NCBI GenBank assembly: GCA_033720315.1
Contig: JAWWCT010000012.1
Span: 5,982 to 69,981 of the forward strand
Reading direction: 5' to 3'
Length of the DNA: 64,000 bases
Origin: Woeseiaceae bacterium
Lineage (GTDB): Bacteria; Pseudomonadota; Gammaproteobacteria; Steroidobacterales; Woeseiaceae
Shown here: in pieces, positions 19,911 to 29,285 of the stretch
How positions within the stretch are numbered: the first letter of the stretch is position 1
How the letters are laid out: each line of letters starts with the position of its first letter
The notes under the pieces: generated by a model
Databases searched by the model: none
Told to the model about the DNA's origin: nothing
What the model saw: the letters and a program-made list of their open reading frames with translations, nothing else
Made by a program: the position numbers and the translations under genes

Positions 19911-20855
19911 TCAAGCCGCGCGACGCCCGAGCGCCTGCTGCAGTGTGTAGATCGGGTCATCCTCGGTCGACAACTGCAGAAGGTGTATCCCGTAACGCTG
20001 GCAGATCGTCTCCAGCTCGTCCAACCGCGCCCGGAACAGATGCCGGTAATCCGAGCGCGCGCCGCGTGCATAGGTGTCGATCGCCATTTCCTCGTCGCCA
20101 CTGACAATTCGATAGTGGCCCGGCGGCGGCAGGCGGCGCTCCAGCGGATCGCTCAGAAACACGGCGAGCACCTCGTTGTGACGCGCCACCCCGGTCAGGT
20201 GTGCCTGTGCGCTTCGCGACAAGCCCAGGAAATCGCTGATGATGATCACCAGGCTGCCCGGGTGGGTCACCCGGCGCAGGGCCGCCATTGCCGCTGTCAG
20301 CGGCGGTTCTTCGTCGCTGGCCGCCTGGTCATGCGACGGTGCCCAGTCGGGATGGGTCACGATTTCGTGGATGTAACGCAACGCCGACTGGCGACCCAGC
20401 CGCGGCCTGAGTTCGCGGTGACGCGTGTCGCCGAACACGATGCCACCGAGCCGGTCACCCCGGTGATGCGCCGCCCAGGCGAGCATCGCCGCAACGCGCG
20501 CGGCGCTGACCGACTTGTAGCAACCGCGGGTCGCGAAATGCATGTTGCTGCGGAGATCGGTGACGATGAGCACCGGGCGTTCGCGCTCCTCGCGAAACAA
20601 CTTGGTATACGCCTCGCTCGAACGCGCCGTTACCCGCCAGTCGATGTTGCGCGGATCGTCGCCGGGCTGGTAGGGACGCGACTCGTCGAATTCCATGCCG
20701 CGACCCTTGAAATGCGAGACATAGGCGCCGGTCTGCAACGAGCGGACTCGCAGAACGTCGAGCGCGATGACCCTTGCCGGCCCGCCCAGGCGTATCAGTT
20801 CGGCCTGGTTGACGCTGACCGGTGACGCATCTTCCTGTAAGTGGTCGTGCCGCAT
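19911..20855 (-). CDS. DUF58 domain protein
   Basis: 314 aa. The block [30 protein letters not shown] is typical of DUF58, and the gene follows MoxR as usual. Confidence 0.85.
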   Translation of the reverse strand: MRHDHLQEDASPVSVNQAELIRLGGPARVIALDVLRVRSLQTGAYVSHFKGRGMEFDESRPYQPGDDPRNIDWRVTARSSEAYTKLFREERERPVLIVTDLRSNMHFATRGCYKSVSAARVAAMLAWAAHHRGDRLGGIVFGDTRHRELRPRLGRQSALRYIHEIVTHPDWAPSHDQAASDEEPPLTAAMAALRRVTHPGSLVIIISDFLGLSRSAQAHLTGVARHNEVLAVFLSDPLERRLPPPGHYRIVSGDEEMAIDTYARGARSDYRHLFRARLDELETICQRYGIHLLQLSTEDDPIYTLQQALGRRAA

Positions 20856-20870
20856 GCTCCGTCTTTAACT

Positions 20871-21839
20871 CTAGGGTACGCCGACGCCTTCCAGTACCCC
20901 CTGAATGATCTGATCCGGCAAAATGCCGTCGGCCTCCGCCTCGAAACTCAATACCAGTCGATGCCTCAGCACATCGGCCGCGACAGCCTGGATATCCTCA
21001 GGGCCGACGTAGTCTCGGCCCTGAAGCCAGGCGTGGGCGCGTGCGCAGCGGTCGATGCCCATACAGGCACGGGGACTGGCGCCATACATGATTTGACCGT
21101 CGAGATCCTTCTTTACTGCACCGGGATTGCGGGTCGCGACCACGACGTTGACGATGTACTTCTCGAGTTCCTCGGCCAGGTGCAGCCCCAGGATCTGCTG
21201 ACGCGCTTCCATGACCGCGGATTCGGGCATCAGCCTCGGCGGCGCAAAGGCGTCCCGCTCCCCGGATTTCGCCTCATCGCGATTCAATACGAGGATCTTG
21301 CGCTCATCGTCGACGCTGGGGTAGCCGATCTGGACGTGCAGCAGAAAACGGTCGAGTTGCGCCTCCGGCAGCGGATAGGTGCCCTCCTGTTCGATCGGGT
21401 TTTGCGTCGCCATCACCATGAACAGGTTCGGTAATTTGTAGGTGTTCTCGCCCACCGTTATCTGCCGTTCTTCCATCGCCTCCAGCAGTGCCGACTGAAC
21501 CTTGGCGGGCGCGCGGTTGATTTCGTCGGCGAGAATCAGGTTATGGAACAGCGGTCCCTCGCGAAATTCGAAGCTGCCGTCCTGCGGACGGTAGATATCG
21601 GTGCCGGTCAAATCGGCCGGCAACAGGTCGGGCGTGAACTGCAGGCGATGGAAGTTTCCCTCGATGCTTTCTGCCAAAACCTTGATCGCCCGCGTTTTCG
21701 CCAGCCCCGGCGCCCCTTCCACCAGCAGATGCCCGTCGCACAGGAGCGCGATCAGCATCCGGTTGATCAGGTGATCCTGACCGATGATGAGGCTCCTCGC
21801 GTGGGCTTCGAGCTTTTGGAATTCTTCTGAGACGCTCAT
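20871..21839 (-). CDS. MoxR-family AAA+ ATPase
   Basis: Walker A-like [10 protein letters not shown], Walker B LADEINRA and a MoxR-type C-terminus. ATG 21839 is chosen because the upstream track extension looks non-coding. Confidence 0.9.
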   Translation of the reverse strand: MSVSEEFQKLEAHARSLIIGQDHLINRMLIALLCDGHLLVEGAPGLAKTRAIKVLAESIEGNFHRLQFTPDLLPADLTGTDIYRPQDGSFEFREGPLFHNLILADEINRAPAKVQSALLEAMEERQITVGENTYKLPNLFMVMATQNPIEQEGTYPLPEAQLDRFLLHVQIGYPSVDDERKILVLNRDEAKSGERDAFAPPRLMPESAVMEARQQILGLHLAEELEKYIVNVVVATRNPGAVKKDLDGQIMYGASPRACMGIDRCARAHAWLQGRDYVGPEDIQAVAADVLRHRLVLSFEAEADGILPDQIIQGVLEGVGVP

Positions 21840-22024
21840 GCACTGCTCCGAGGATAAAAACGGCGTGCCATTGTAGTGTCGAAGCGCATCGAGTCCAACT
21901 CGCAGGGGCCAGGCCGGCCTTTCCTGTCTCGCATGGAGCAATTCCGGCGGTTTAGCGATAATGCCCGAAAAATTGCGCGAATTTGCAATCTCACGGACCC
22001 GCCAGAGGACGAGGCATCGCCGAT

Positions 22025-22489
22025 ATGACCCTGATCCGCATTATTTCGATCCTCTGCCTCGGGATCTTTCTCAGTGGTCAGGCGAGTAATGACGGAAATC
22101 TCGACGAGGCCTTCGACAAGGACTCGCTCATTATCGAGGCCAGCAAACACGCCTGCTACCGGTTCGACGTGTATCTCGCGACCAGCCGGGCACAACAGAC
22201 CCGTGGCCTGATGTTCGTTCGCCACCTTCCCGAGTTGACCGGCATGTTGTTCGTCTACCCGCAGCAACGATTGATATCGATGTGGATGAAAAACACCTAT
22301 ATACCGCTGGATATTCTTTTCATCCGGGCCGACGGCACGATCGCGAACATCGCCAGGAACACCGTGCCGCTGTCGCTCGATTCGATCGTCGCCATCGAAC
22401 CGCTCAACTTCGCGCTGGAAGTTAACGCGGGACTGACCGAGCGACTCGCAATCGACACCGACAGCCGCGTGTATTTTCCAGACCTGTGA
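22025..22489 (+). CDS. DUF192 domain protein (secreted)
   Basis: Signal peptide MTLIRIISILCLGIFLSGQA. The DUF192 blocks are RGLMFVRHLPELTGMLFVY...MWMKNTYIPLDILFI. Confidence 0.8.
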   Translation: MTLIRIISILCLGIFLSGQASNDGNLDEAFDKDSLIIEASKHACYRFDVYLATSRAQQTRGLMFVRHLPELTGMLFVYPQQRLISMWMKNTYIPLDILFIRADGTIANIARNTVPLSLDSIVAIEPLNFALEVNAGLTERLAIDTDSRVYFPDL

Positions 22490-22491
22490 CC

Positions 22492-23118
22492 ATGACACGG
22501 CCGACCAACATTGGCATCGCTTCAGTCTTCATGCTGGTCCTGATCATGATTGGATTGCCGACCGTGATCGTTACCTCGCCGACCTATGTCGATGATGTCA
22601 GTGTGTCATTAGCGCTGCGCCGCAGTGCCGAACTCGCGTTCGTCGTATTCTTTTTTATTTTCGTCGCCCGGCCGGCTTACGAGCTGTTTCCCGGCACCTT
22701 CACACGCGCGTTATTGAGATTGAGGCCCTACCTGGGCGTGGCATTCGCAGCGACCATGACAGTGCACCTCACGCTGATCGCGTGGCGCCACATCGTGGTC
22801 ATCCGCGAGTTACCGGCCTGGATCTCACTGGGCGCCGGCGGCCTCGCCTATGCACTGATCTTCCTCATGTTGCTGACCACGTTCGAGGCGCCGGCGCGAA
22901 CACTCGGCGCCAGGAACTGGCGTTGGCTGCACAAGGCCGGGCTTTACTGGATTGGCATCGTCTTTGCAGGCGCGCTGCTGCCAAGAACGCTGAATGATCC
23001 GTCTAACCCTCTGTACCTGGCTTTCGGTCTGATGATCGTGCTGGCGGTCGCGACACGCCTGTCGGCTTTTGCACAACGCAAACGTCAGAGCACGGCTGCG
23101 ACCGAGTCGGCCAGGTAG
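22492..23118 (+). CDS. polytopic membrane protein, possibly ferric-reductase-like (MsrQ/YedZ-like) haem-binding fold
   Basis: About 6 predicted TM helices, with histidines inside helices (TVHLTLIAW, WLHKAGLYW). GTG 22486 overlaps the DUF192 stop and ATG 22492 lies 2 codons later. The family call is tentative. Confidence 0.5.
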   Translation: MTRPTNIGIASVFMLVLIMIGLPTVIVTSPTYVDDVSVSLALRRSAELAFVVFFFIFVARPAYELFPGTFTRALLRLRPYLGVAFAATMTVHLTLIAWRHIVVIRELPAWISLGAGGLAYALIFLMLLTTFEAPARTLGARNWRWLHKAGLYWIGIVFAGALLPRTLNDPSNPLYLAFGLMIVLAVATRLSAFAQRKRQSTAATESAR

Positions 23119-24269
23119 TCGACATTGTCGCTGTTTATGCCGCAGACATTGATGCGACCGGTGTCGACCAGGTACACGCCGAAGTCGCGCTTCAGCACGG
23201 CTACCTGCTCGGGGGACACGCCGAGATAACAAAACAGGCCGTTGCCTTTTTCGATGTGCGAGAAATCATGGTCCGGCGCCGACTTTGCCAGCGCGGCAAC
23301 CAGCAACTTTCGCATTTCCTTGATCCGCGCCCGCATGGCGTCGAGTTCTGCGAGCCAGTCAGCGCGGAGTTGCTGGTCATTGAGAATCAGGGTTACCGCG
23401 GCGGCGCCGTGATCCGGCGGCAGCGAATACATCGTCCGTACGATGTTCAGTGCCTGGCTGCTCACCGTGTCGCTGGCCTCAGCCGACGACGACAGGAACG
23501 TCAGCGACCCCACGCGATCCCGGTACAAGCCGAAGTTCTTGGAACAGGACGCGGCGATCAGCATCTCAGGGACGCGATCGAAAATCCGCCGCAACCCGTA
23601 AGCGTCTTTTTCGAGTCCCTCCGCAAAACCCTGGTAGGCAATATCCACAAACGGCAGCAGCCCGCGGTCGGCAACCAGGTCGGCAACCTCGTCCCACTGG
23701 CCCGGCGACAGGTCCATGCCGGTGGGGTTGTGACAGCAGCCATGCAGCAGAACCACGTCCCCGGCCGGTATTCGTTGCAGCGTCCTCCGCATGGCATCGA
23801 ATTGCAGTACGTTATTCGTGGCGTCGTAGTAGGGATAACTTTCGAGTTTCAACCCGGCGCCGCCCAGAAGCGGTACGTGATTGTTCCAGGTTGGTTCGCT
23901 GAACCAGAGTGTCGTGTCGGGGTTGGCGCGAAGGATGACACCGGCCGCCACCCGCAAGGCGCCCGAGCCGCCGGGGGTTTGCAAGGTCATGACCCGCTCG
24001 TTTTCACGGTGTTCCTCGCCGAGAACGATGGCCTGCTGCGCCGCGCAGAAATCGGCGGCACCGCGCACCCCGAGATAAGACTTGCTGGTCTGCGTATCCA
24101 GCAAGCGGCGTTCGGCTGTTTTGACCGCGCGCAGCACCGGGGTATTGCCGTCGGCGTCCCGATAGATTCCGACACCCAGGTCGATTTTTTCCTTGCGCGT
24201 ATCTTTGCCGTATTCCGCGATCAGCTTCAGGATGGCGTCCGGCGGCTTGCGCTCGAGCGATTCGAACAA
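23085..24269 (-). CDS. aspartate/aromatic amino acid aminotransferase (AspC/TyrB family)
   Basis: TTG start with GGAG 8 nt upstream gives (M)FESLERKPPDAIL..., which is collinear with E. coli AspC MFENI. PLP-lysine motif SKNFGLYRDRVG. Confidence 0.9.
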   Translation of the reverse strand: MFESLERKPPDAILKLIAEYGKDTRKEKIDLGVGIYRDADGNTPVLRAVKTAERRLLDTQTSKSYLGVRGAADFCAAQQAIVLGEEHRENERVMTLQTPGGSGALRVAAGVILRANPDTTLWFSEPTWNNHVPLLGGAGLKLESYPYYDATNNVLQFDAMRRTLQRIPAGDVVLLHGCCHNPTGMDLSPGQWDEVADLVADRGLLPFVDIAYQGFAEGLEKDAYGLRRIFDRVPEMLIAASCSKNFGLYRDRVGSLTFLSSSAEASDTVSSQALNIVRTMYSLPPDHGAAAVTLILNDQQLRADWLAELDAMRARIKEMRKLLVAALAKSAPDHDFSHIEKGNGLFCYLGVSPEQVAVLKRDFGVYLVDTGRINVCGINSDNVDYLADSVAAVL

Positions 24270-24381
24270 GTGTCTTCTCCGGTTTTGCCGAGCCGCGCAT
24301 TGTACACAGGCGGAAAAGCGCCTGGATAGGTTGCCCGAATTTTGCACCAGTATGACGCGCTCTCGCTTGGTCTTTGATCGC

Positions 24382-24444
24382 CTGACGGATTTTCCTCCAT
24401 CGGAAATAGACACTGCTATTCCACTCCGTCGGAAAATCCGTCAG
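24382..24444. repeat. perfect 14-bp inverted repeat (ctgacggattttcc / ggaaaatccgtcag) with a 35-nt spacer
   Basis: Read directly. It lies between the MBL-gene stop (24515) and the aminotransferase start (24269), and no U-tract follows. Confidence 0.8.
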
Positions 24445-24514
24445 CCAATCAAATCCTTGACCGATCTTACGCGCGCACCGCACTCCGTAGTGGTGCAACA
24501 TTCGGGCTTGCGCC

Positions 24515-25375
24515 CTAAATCGTATCCAGCGGGATCTTTATATAGGAAATGTTGTTGTCTTCCGGATCCGGCAGATGACCAGCCCTGATGTTGACCTGGA
24601 TCGCCGGCAAGATCAGGGCCGGCAGTGACAAAGTCCGGTCGCGCGTCGTGCGGACCTCGACGAATTCCTGCTCGCTCGCGCCGGCGCCAACATGAATGTT
24701 GTCCTCCCTTTGCTCCCGGACGGTGACGGCATAACGCAGCTCGCGGCCGTTTGGCTGGTAGTCGTGGCACATGCACAGGACCGTCTCGTCGGGCAGCGAA
24801 AACAGTTTTTGAATCGACCGGTAGAGCATTGCGGCATCGCCGCCGGGAAAATCGCAGCGCGCGGTGCCACTGTCGACCATGAACAGGCTGTCCCCTACGA
24901 ACGCGTAGTTGTCGATCAGGTAGGTGACGCTGTCGCTGGTATGCCCCGGCGTTGCCAGGACCCGGCACTCGATGTTGCCCAGGGCGAAGGTTTCACCGTC
25001 CGCGAACAGGTGATCGAATTGCCGGCCATCGGCGACAAACGGCGATTTGAGATTGAACACCCCGGCGAAATGCTCCTGCACCTTGCGGATGCCCTCGCCG
25101 ATGGCGATCTTGCCGCCCAGCTCAGCCTTCAACGCCTGTGCTCCAGACAGGTGATCTGCATGGGCGTGTGTTTCGAGTATCCACTCGACGTCGAGCTCAT
25201 TCTTTTTAATATGCGCTTTGATGTCGTCGATCGGTCCGCTGTCGGTTCTGCCCGATATGACGGAAAAACCCAGTACCGGATCGATGACCGCCGCCGCGGA
25301 CGTCTGTGCATCGCTGACGACGTAGGACAACGTGCCGGTCCGCGGATGGTAGAAATGCTGCAGCTCTGCAGCCAT
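24515..25375 (-). CDS. MBL-fold metallohydrolase, type II persulfide dioxygenase-like (ETHE1 family)
   Basis: Motifs ETHAHADHLSG (HxHxDH), TPGHTSDS, GTARCDFPGG and the C-terminus ISYIKIPL. The start ATG overlaps the upstream stop (TGATG). The subfamily call rests on remembered similarity only. Confidence 0.7.
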   Translation of the reverse strand: MAAELQHFYHPRTGTLSYVVSDAQTSAAAVIDPVLGFSVISGRTDSGPIDDIKAHIKKNELDVEWILETHAHADHLSGAQALKAELGGKIAIGEGIRKVQEHFAGVFNLKSPFVADGRQFDHLFADGETFALGNIECRVLATPGHTSDSVTYLIDNYAFVGDSLFMVDSGTARCDFPGGDAAMLYRSIQKLFSLPDETVLCMCHDYQPNGRELRYAVTVREQREDNIHVGAGASEQEFVEVRTTRDRTLSLPALILPAIQVNIRAGHLPDPEDNNISYIKIPLDTI

Positions 25376-25716
25376 CAACCGGACGACATCGAAAACCGGC
25401 GCCACCAGCGCCCGGTGGCCAGATACAACGGGAAAATCAGGAATTGCTCCCTGAACCAGCGTTTCAGGAAATTACCGGGCCCGGTAAACGGTTCGGGAGG
25501 ATGCTTCTCCAGCGCGTGACCTTTGGCCTGCAGGACCATCGCCGCCACCGCGCCGAGCGCGGCCGCCAGCAAAAGCAGGACATCGCCGACGACCAGCGAC
25601 CACGCGAAGCCGAGCGTGGCGGCCACGAATAACGGCACGGCAATCGCGTGAATAAGAAGATTGCGCCGGTCGCTGTGGACGCGCGCGTAGTTTTCCCAGT
25701 CTATGTCCGCGGACAC
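25375..25716 (-). CDS. DUF962 / Mpo1-like small membrane protein
   Basis: HSDRRNLLIHAIAVPLFV...KGHALEKHPPEPF resembles DUF962. The start is uncertain. GTG 25716 avoids overlap with the HiPIP gene, while ATG 25761 and ATG 25818 would overlap it. Confidence 0.5.
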   Translation of the reverse strand: MSADIDWENYARVHSDRRNLLIHAIAVPLFVAATLGFAWSLVVGDVLLLLAAALGAVAAMVLQAKGHALEKHPPEPFTGPGNFLKRWFREQFLIFPLYLATGRWWRRFSMSSG

Positions 25717-25723
25717 ACGGAGG

Positions 25724-26047
25724 TCAGGCTTTCGGCGCCCAGACGGAGCACCAGCCCGCATTGTTGACCAGCTTGCCCGGGAAGATCTGGCACGGCCGCC
25801 ATTGGGCATTTGGGTCACCCTGGATCAGTGCACAATTCGCGCAATTTTGCTCGGCTGCTGGATTTGCGCGCTGCGCAGGATCAACCGTGGTCGCATCGTG
25901 GACGTATTTCAACGAACGGGCGATCGGATCGCTTTCCTCGATTCTCGGCATGTCCTGGGCGCTGGCCTCGTTGCCCGGGCGGGCCAGGCAACCTGCCGCT
26001 GCAACGGCACTCATGGTGATGAACTGGCGTCTTGCAATCTTGCTCAA
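25724..26047 (-). CDS. high-potential iron-sulfur protein (HiPIP) with Tat signal
   Basis: Twin-arginine motif ARRQFIT. The four-Cys HiPIP pattern is CANCALIQ...WRPCQIF...AGWCSVW. TTG 26047 has GGAG 6 nt upstream. Confidence 0.8.
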   Translation of the reverse strand: MSKIARRQFITMSAVAAAGCLARPGNEASAQDMPRIEESDPIARSLKYVHDATTVDPAQRANPAAEQNCANCALIQGDPNAQWRPCQIFPGKLVNNAGWCSVWAPKA

Positions 26048-26230
26048 GGGGATCTCCTCAAGTTTTCCAATACCAATTTTTGGCTGGATAGTGTAATTCC
26101 AATAGGCGCTTATTGATATCCGCAAGCCAATCGTGCGGGATACGGAATGCCCTTCACGTTCTCGTATAGCATCGCACAGGGACTCGAGGCAGGCCGGAAT
26201 CTACCTATTTGCTGCCGCAGGCCGGCAAAT

Positions 26231-26246
26231 TGTGAACACTTTCACA
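26231..26246. promoter_or_regulatory. CRP/Vfr-type binding site TGTGA-N6-TCACA
   Basis: aaatTGTGAacacttTCACAttc has both half-sites perfect and A/T flanks like the CRP consensus. It sits in the 354-bp divergent region between the HiPIP and peptidase genes. Confidence 0.6.
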
Positions 26247-26401
26247 TTCGCCGGATCAAAGCCTATTAGCCCTTTGTTTTTGCGGCATAATCCGATGGAT
26301 TCCATCCCGGAATCGGCAACCAGGCAGGTCGCCGGCGGGGTGGCGGTGCGAACAGCGGCGGCCGTGCCAGCCAGAATCTGAATCGGGATCCGCATGAAAT
26401 T

Positions 26402-27895
26402 GTGTCCTTGCAGGATGAAACGACGATTTTTGACCTGAATTCACATAGACCGGCATCGGCATTTCTGCTGTCGCTCTTGATGCTCACCACGGGACGCGCG
26501 GCGGCCGATACGCTGCCCCATGAATACACCGTAAGCGTCGACTACCTGATGAGTCGGCTGTGGGTCGAGGCGCGGTTTGCCAGGCCGGTCAAATCCATTA
26601 TTGCCCGATCCCGGGATGCCGGAGCATTCCTGCTGGATGTCCGCAGCTGTAACGACGATCAGCCGATACGGATGCGCAACCAGCGAATGATGTTGCCGGA
26701 ACATGGTATCGCCTGCATGAATTACACAGTCGACCTGGCGCGTGCCGCAACGGCACACCGTTACAGCCGGCTGCTCGCTCCCGAAAACATTATCGTTTCT
26801 CCCTCCTACTGGATGTGGCGCCCGGAGCTGCGTAACGGTGTGAGCATTCGCGTCCGCTTTCGGCTGCCCGATAGCGTCCAGGTCGCGGTGCCGTGGCGAA
26901 AACTGCCCGGTGACGAGCCTGTGTACCAGCTTGCCGAATCGCCCGAGAGCGCTTACGCACCGGCCATTTTCGGACAGTTCGACTTGCGCGATATTGCAGT
27001 CGGAAATGCAACGCTGAAAGTCAGCATGCTGACCGGCATCGAGCCGATGGACACGGACGAAATCGCCCGCTGGGTGCAGGCCACGGCCACGGACGTTACC
27101 CTCGCTTACGGTCGGTTTCCGAATCCCGAGGCGCAAGTCGTCGTCATTCCGGTCGGATCGAATCGCACAAACAGCTGGAGCGCAGTACCGTTCGGACGCG
27201 TCATCCGCGACGGGGGCGAAACGATCGAACTGCAGGTCAATCAGGCACAACCGCTCGAGGCGCTGCTGGGCGACTGGACTGCAACCCATGAATTCAGTCA
27301 CCTGATGCTGCCCTATGTCGAACACAAGCATCGGTGGATTTCCGAAGGGTTTGCGCAGTACTACCAGAACGTGCTGCTGAGTCGATCGGGCGCCTACGAC
27401 GACCTTCAGGCCTGGCAAAAGATTTACAACGGTTACGAGCGGGGCCGGGAATCGCGACCCGAACTGTCACCGAATGCAGCGAGTTCCGGCAGCGTGCGCG
27501 GCAGTTTGATGAAGGTCTACTGGGCGGGCGCCGCGCTTGCGCTAATGGCCGACGTGGAATTGCGGGAACGCTCAGATGGAAAGGAATCGCTGGACGATGT
27601 ACTCGATCGCTTCCAGGCGTGTTGCCTGCCGTCAAACCGCGTCTGGTCCGGGCCGGAGCTGTTCGCGCAACTGGACGAGCTTGCCACCACTCCGGTCTTC
27701 ATGCCGCTTTACAAGCGCTACGCGGACACCGCCGGATTTCCCGACATGACGGACACCTTCGCACGCCTCGGCCTGACCGTGTCGGACGGCAAGGTTGAAT
27801 ACCTGCGGGGTGCCGAGTTACACCCGCTGCGTGACGCTATCCTCGAGACCGACGACGATACCGCCAACTGGCGCGCGCAACTCGCCGTCGACTAG
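26402..27895 (+). CDS. secreted gluzincin metallopeptidase (M1/M61-like)
   Basis: Has a signal-like N-terminus. HEFSH (HExxH) is followed 19 residues later by WISEGFAQYY, supplying the third-ligand Glu. The start is GTG. Confidence 0.65.
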   Translation: MSLQDETTIFDLNSHRPASAFLLSLLMLTTGRAAADTLPHEYTVSVDYLMSRLWVEARFARPVKSIIARSRDAGAFLLDVRSCNDDQPIRMRNQRMMLPEHGIACMNYTVDLARAATAHRYSRLLAPENIIVSPSYWMWRPELRNGVSIRVRFRLPDSVQVAVPWRKLPGDEPVYQLAESPESAYAPAIFGQFDLRDIAVGNATLKVSMLTGIEPMDTDEIARWVQATATDVTLAYGRFPNPEAQVVVIPVGSNRTNSWSAVPFGRVIRDGGETIELQVNQAQPLEALLGDWTATHEFSHLMLPYVEHKHRWISEGFAQYYQNVLLSRSGAYDDLQAWQKIYNGYERGRESRPELSPNAASSGSVRGSLMKVYWAGAALALMADVELRERSDGKESLDDVLDRFQACCLPSNRVWSGPELFAQLDELATTPVFMPLYKRYADTAGFPDMTDTFARLGLTVSDGKVEYLRGAELHPLRDAILETDDDTANWRAQLAVD

Positions 27896-27966
27896 TGGCC
27901 CTCAACAAAATCCGGCCCGGCTAAGGTTCTATAATACGGCCGCGTCGAGTCGATTGCGGTGCAACC

Positions 27967-28809
27967 ATGAGTGGCTCAAGCCTGGCCGTCGGCATTAACA
28001 GGGTCGATGGTGTCGAAAACGCAGAACAAAGTGACGTCGTAGCGGTCGAAGAACCGCTTGAAATCCAGCTGTGCTCAGCCACCGCGGCGGGATCCGCGGC
28101 CAGGAGCATTTCGATAACGATGCGTACCCCTGGTGAAGACGCCGAACTTGCACTCGGGTTCCTGTTTACCGAGGGCATCATTGAAAGCGCGAAACAGGTG
28201 GCCTCCGTCGCGCACCAGGGTGAAACCGATCCGGACACCGGTCTGCAAAATACGGTACGCGTCGAACTGACCCCGAACGTCGAGATCGATCTCGGTCGTC
28301 TCGAAAGACACTTTTATACGACCTCGAGCTGCGGCGTCTGCGGCAAGGCGTCGCTCGACGCGCTGCGCGTGGCCGGGCAACGGTCGCTGGCGCATTGCAA
28401 GGACACATACCGGCGCCAGCTCATCGTCGAAATTGCCGGCCGGGTTAGAAAAGAGCAGCCCGTGTTTTCCGAGACCGGCGGACTGCACGCCGCAGCGGTG
28501 TTCGACCCACAAGGTAAAATCCTGGTCGTTAAGGAAGACGTTGGCAGGCATAATGCGACGGATAAGGCCATCGGTGCGCTGCTGCAAGCGGGTGCGTTGC
28601 CGGCGAATTCCTGTGGTCTGTTCGTCTCCGGTCGTGCGAGCTTCGAACTGATGCAAAAAGCATTGGTGGCGGGAATTCCGCTGCTGGCTGCAGTCGGCGC
28701 TCCATCGAGCCTGGCCGTTAAAATGGCAAAAGAATTTGACATGACATTGATCGGTTTTCTGCGCGGTGACAAATTCAACATTTATGCCGGCGCGCAGCGT
28801 ATCGTTTGA
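27967..28809 (+). CDS. fdhD: formate dehydrogenase accessory sulfurtransferase FdhD (FdsC equivalent)
   Basis: Motifs SSCGVCGKASLDAL, GGLHAAAVF and EDVGRHNATDKAIG. Confidence 0.9.
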   Translation: MSGSSLAVGINRVDGVENAEQSDVVAVEEPLEIQLCSATAAGSAARSISITMRTPGEDAELALGFLFTEGIIESAKQVASVAHQGETDPDTGLQNTVRVELTPNVEIDLGRLERHFYTTSSCGVCGKASLDALRVAGQRSLAHCKDTYRRQLIVEIAGRVRKEQPVFSETGGLHAAAVFDPQGKILVVKEDVGRHNATDKAIGALLQAGALPANSCGLFVSGRASFELMQKALVAGIPLLAAVGAPSSLAVKMAKEFDMTLIGFLRGDKFNIYAGAQRIV

Positions 28810-28820
28810 CAGGTTCTAGC

Positions 28821-29285
28821 ATGGCAACCAAGTACGACAGCGCAATTGCAAGCGAGATCATCAATCACTACGGCGCGGCGCCGGAGATGCTGGTGCAGAT
28901 CCTGGTCGCCTTTATCGAGCGCTATGGCCATATCAGTGAACAGGCGATTCGCCAGATTGCGGATGAACTGAACCTGTCACGCGCAGAAGTTCATGGCGTG
29001 GTTAGCTTTTATCACGATTTTCGAACGCAACCGCCCGGCAAGCATCGCCTGAAGATTTGCCAGGCAGAAGCCTGCCAGTCGATGGGTAGTCGCGAGCTGA
29101 CCGCATACGCCGAACGTGCGCTCGGCATCGACATGAATCAAACGACAGACGACGGCGCATTGACGCTCGAGCCGGTTTATTGCCTCGGAAACTGCGCCTG
29201 TTCGCCGGCCGTCATGATCGACAATCAACTCTATGGCCGGGTCGATGCCGAGAAACTCGACCGGCTGATCGAAGAACACCGATGA
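28821..29285 (+). CDS. fdsG: NAD-dependent formate dehydrogenase gamma subunit (NuoE-like 2Fe-2S)
   Basis: NuoE-type cysteines CQAEAC...CLGNCAC. The gene is followed by NuoF-like and Mo-bisPGD subunits. Confidence 0.85.
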   Translation: MATKYDSAIASEIINHYGAAPEMLVQILVAFIERYGHISEQAIRQIADELNLSRAEVHGVVSFYHDFRTQPPGKHRLKICQAEACQSMGSRELTAYAERALGIDMNQTTDDGALTLEPVYCLGNCACSPAVMIDNQLYGRVDAEKLDRLIEEHR

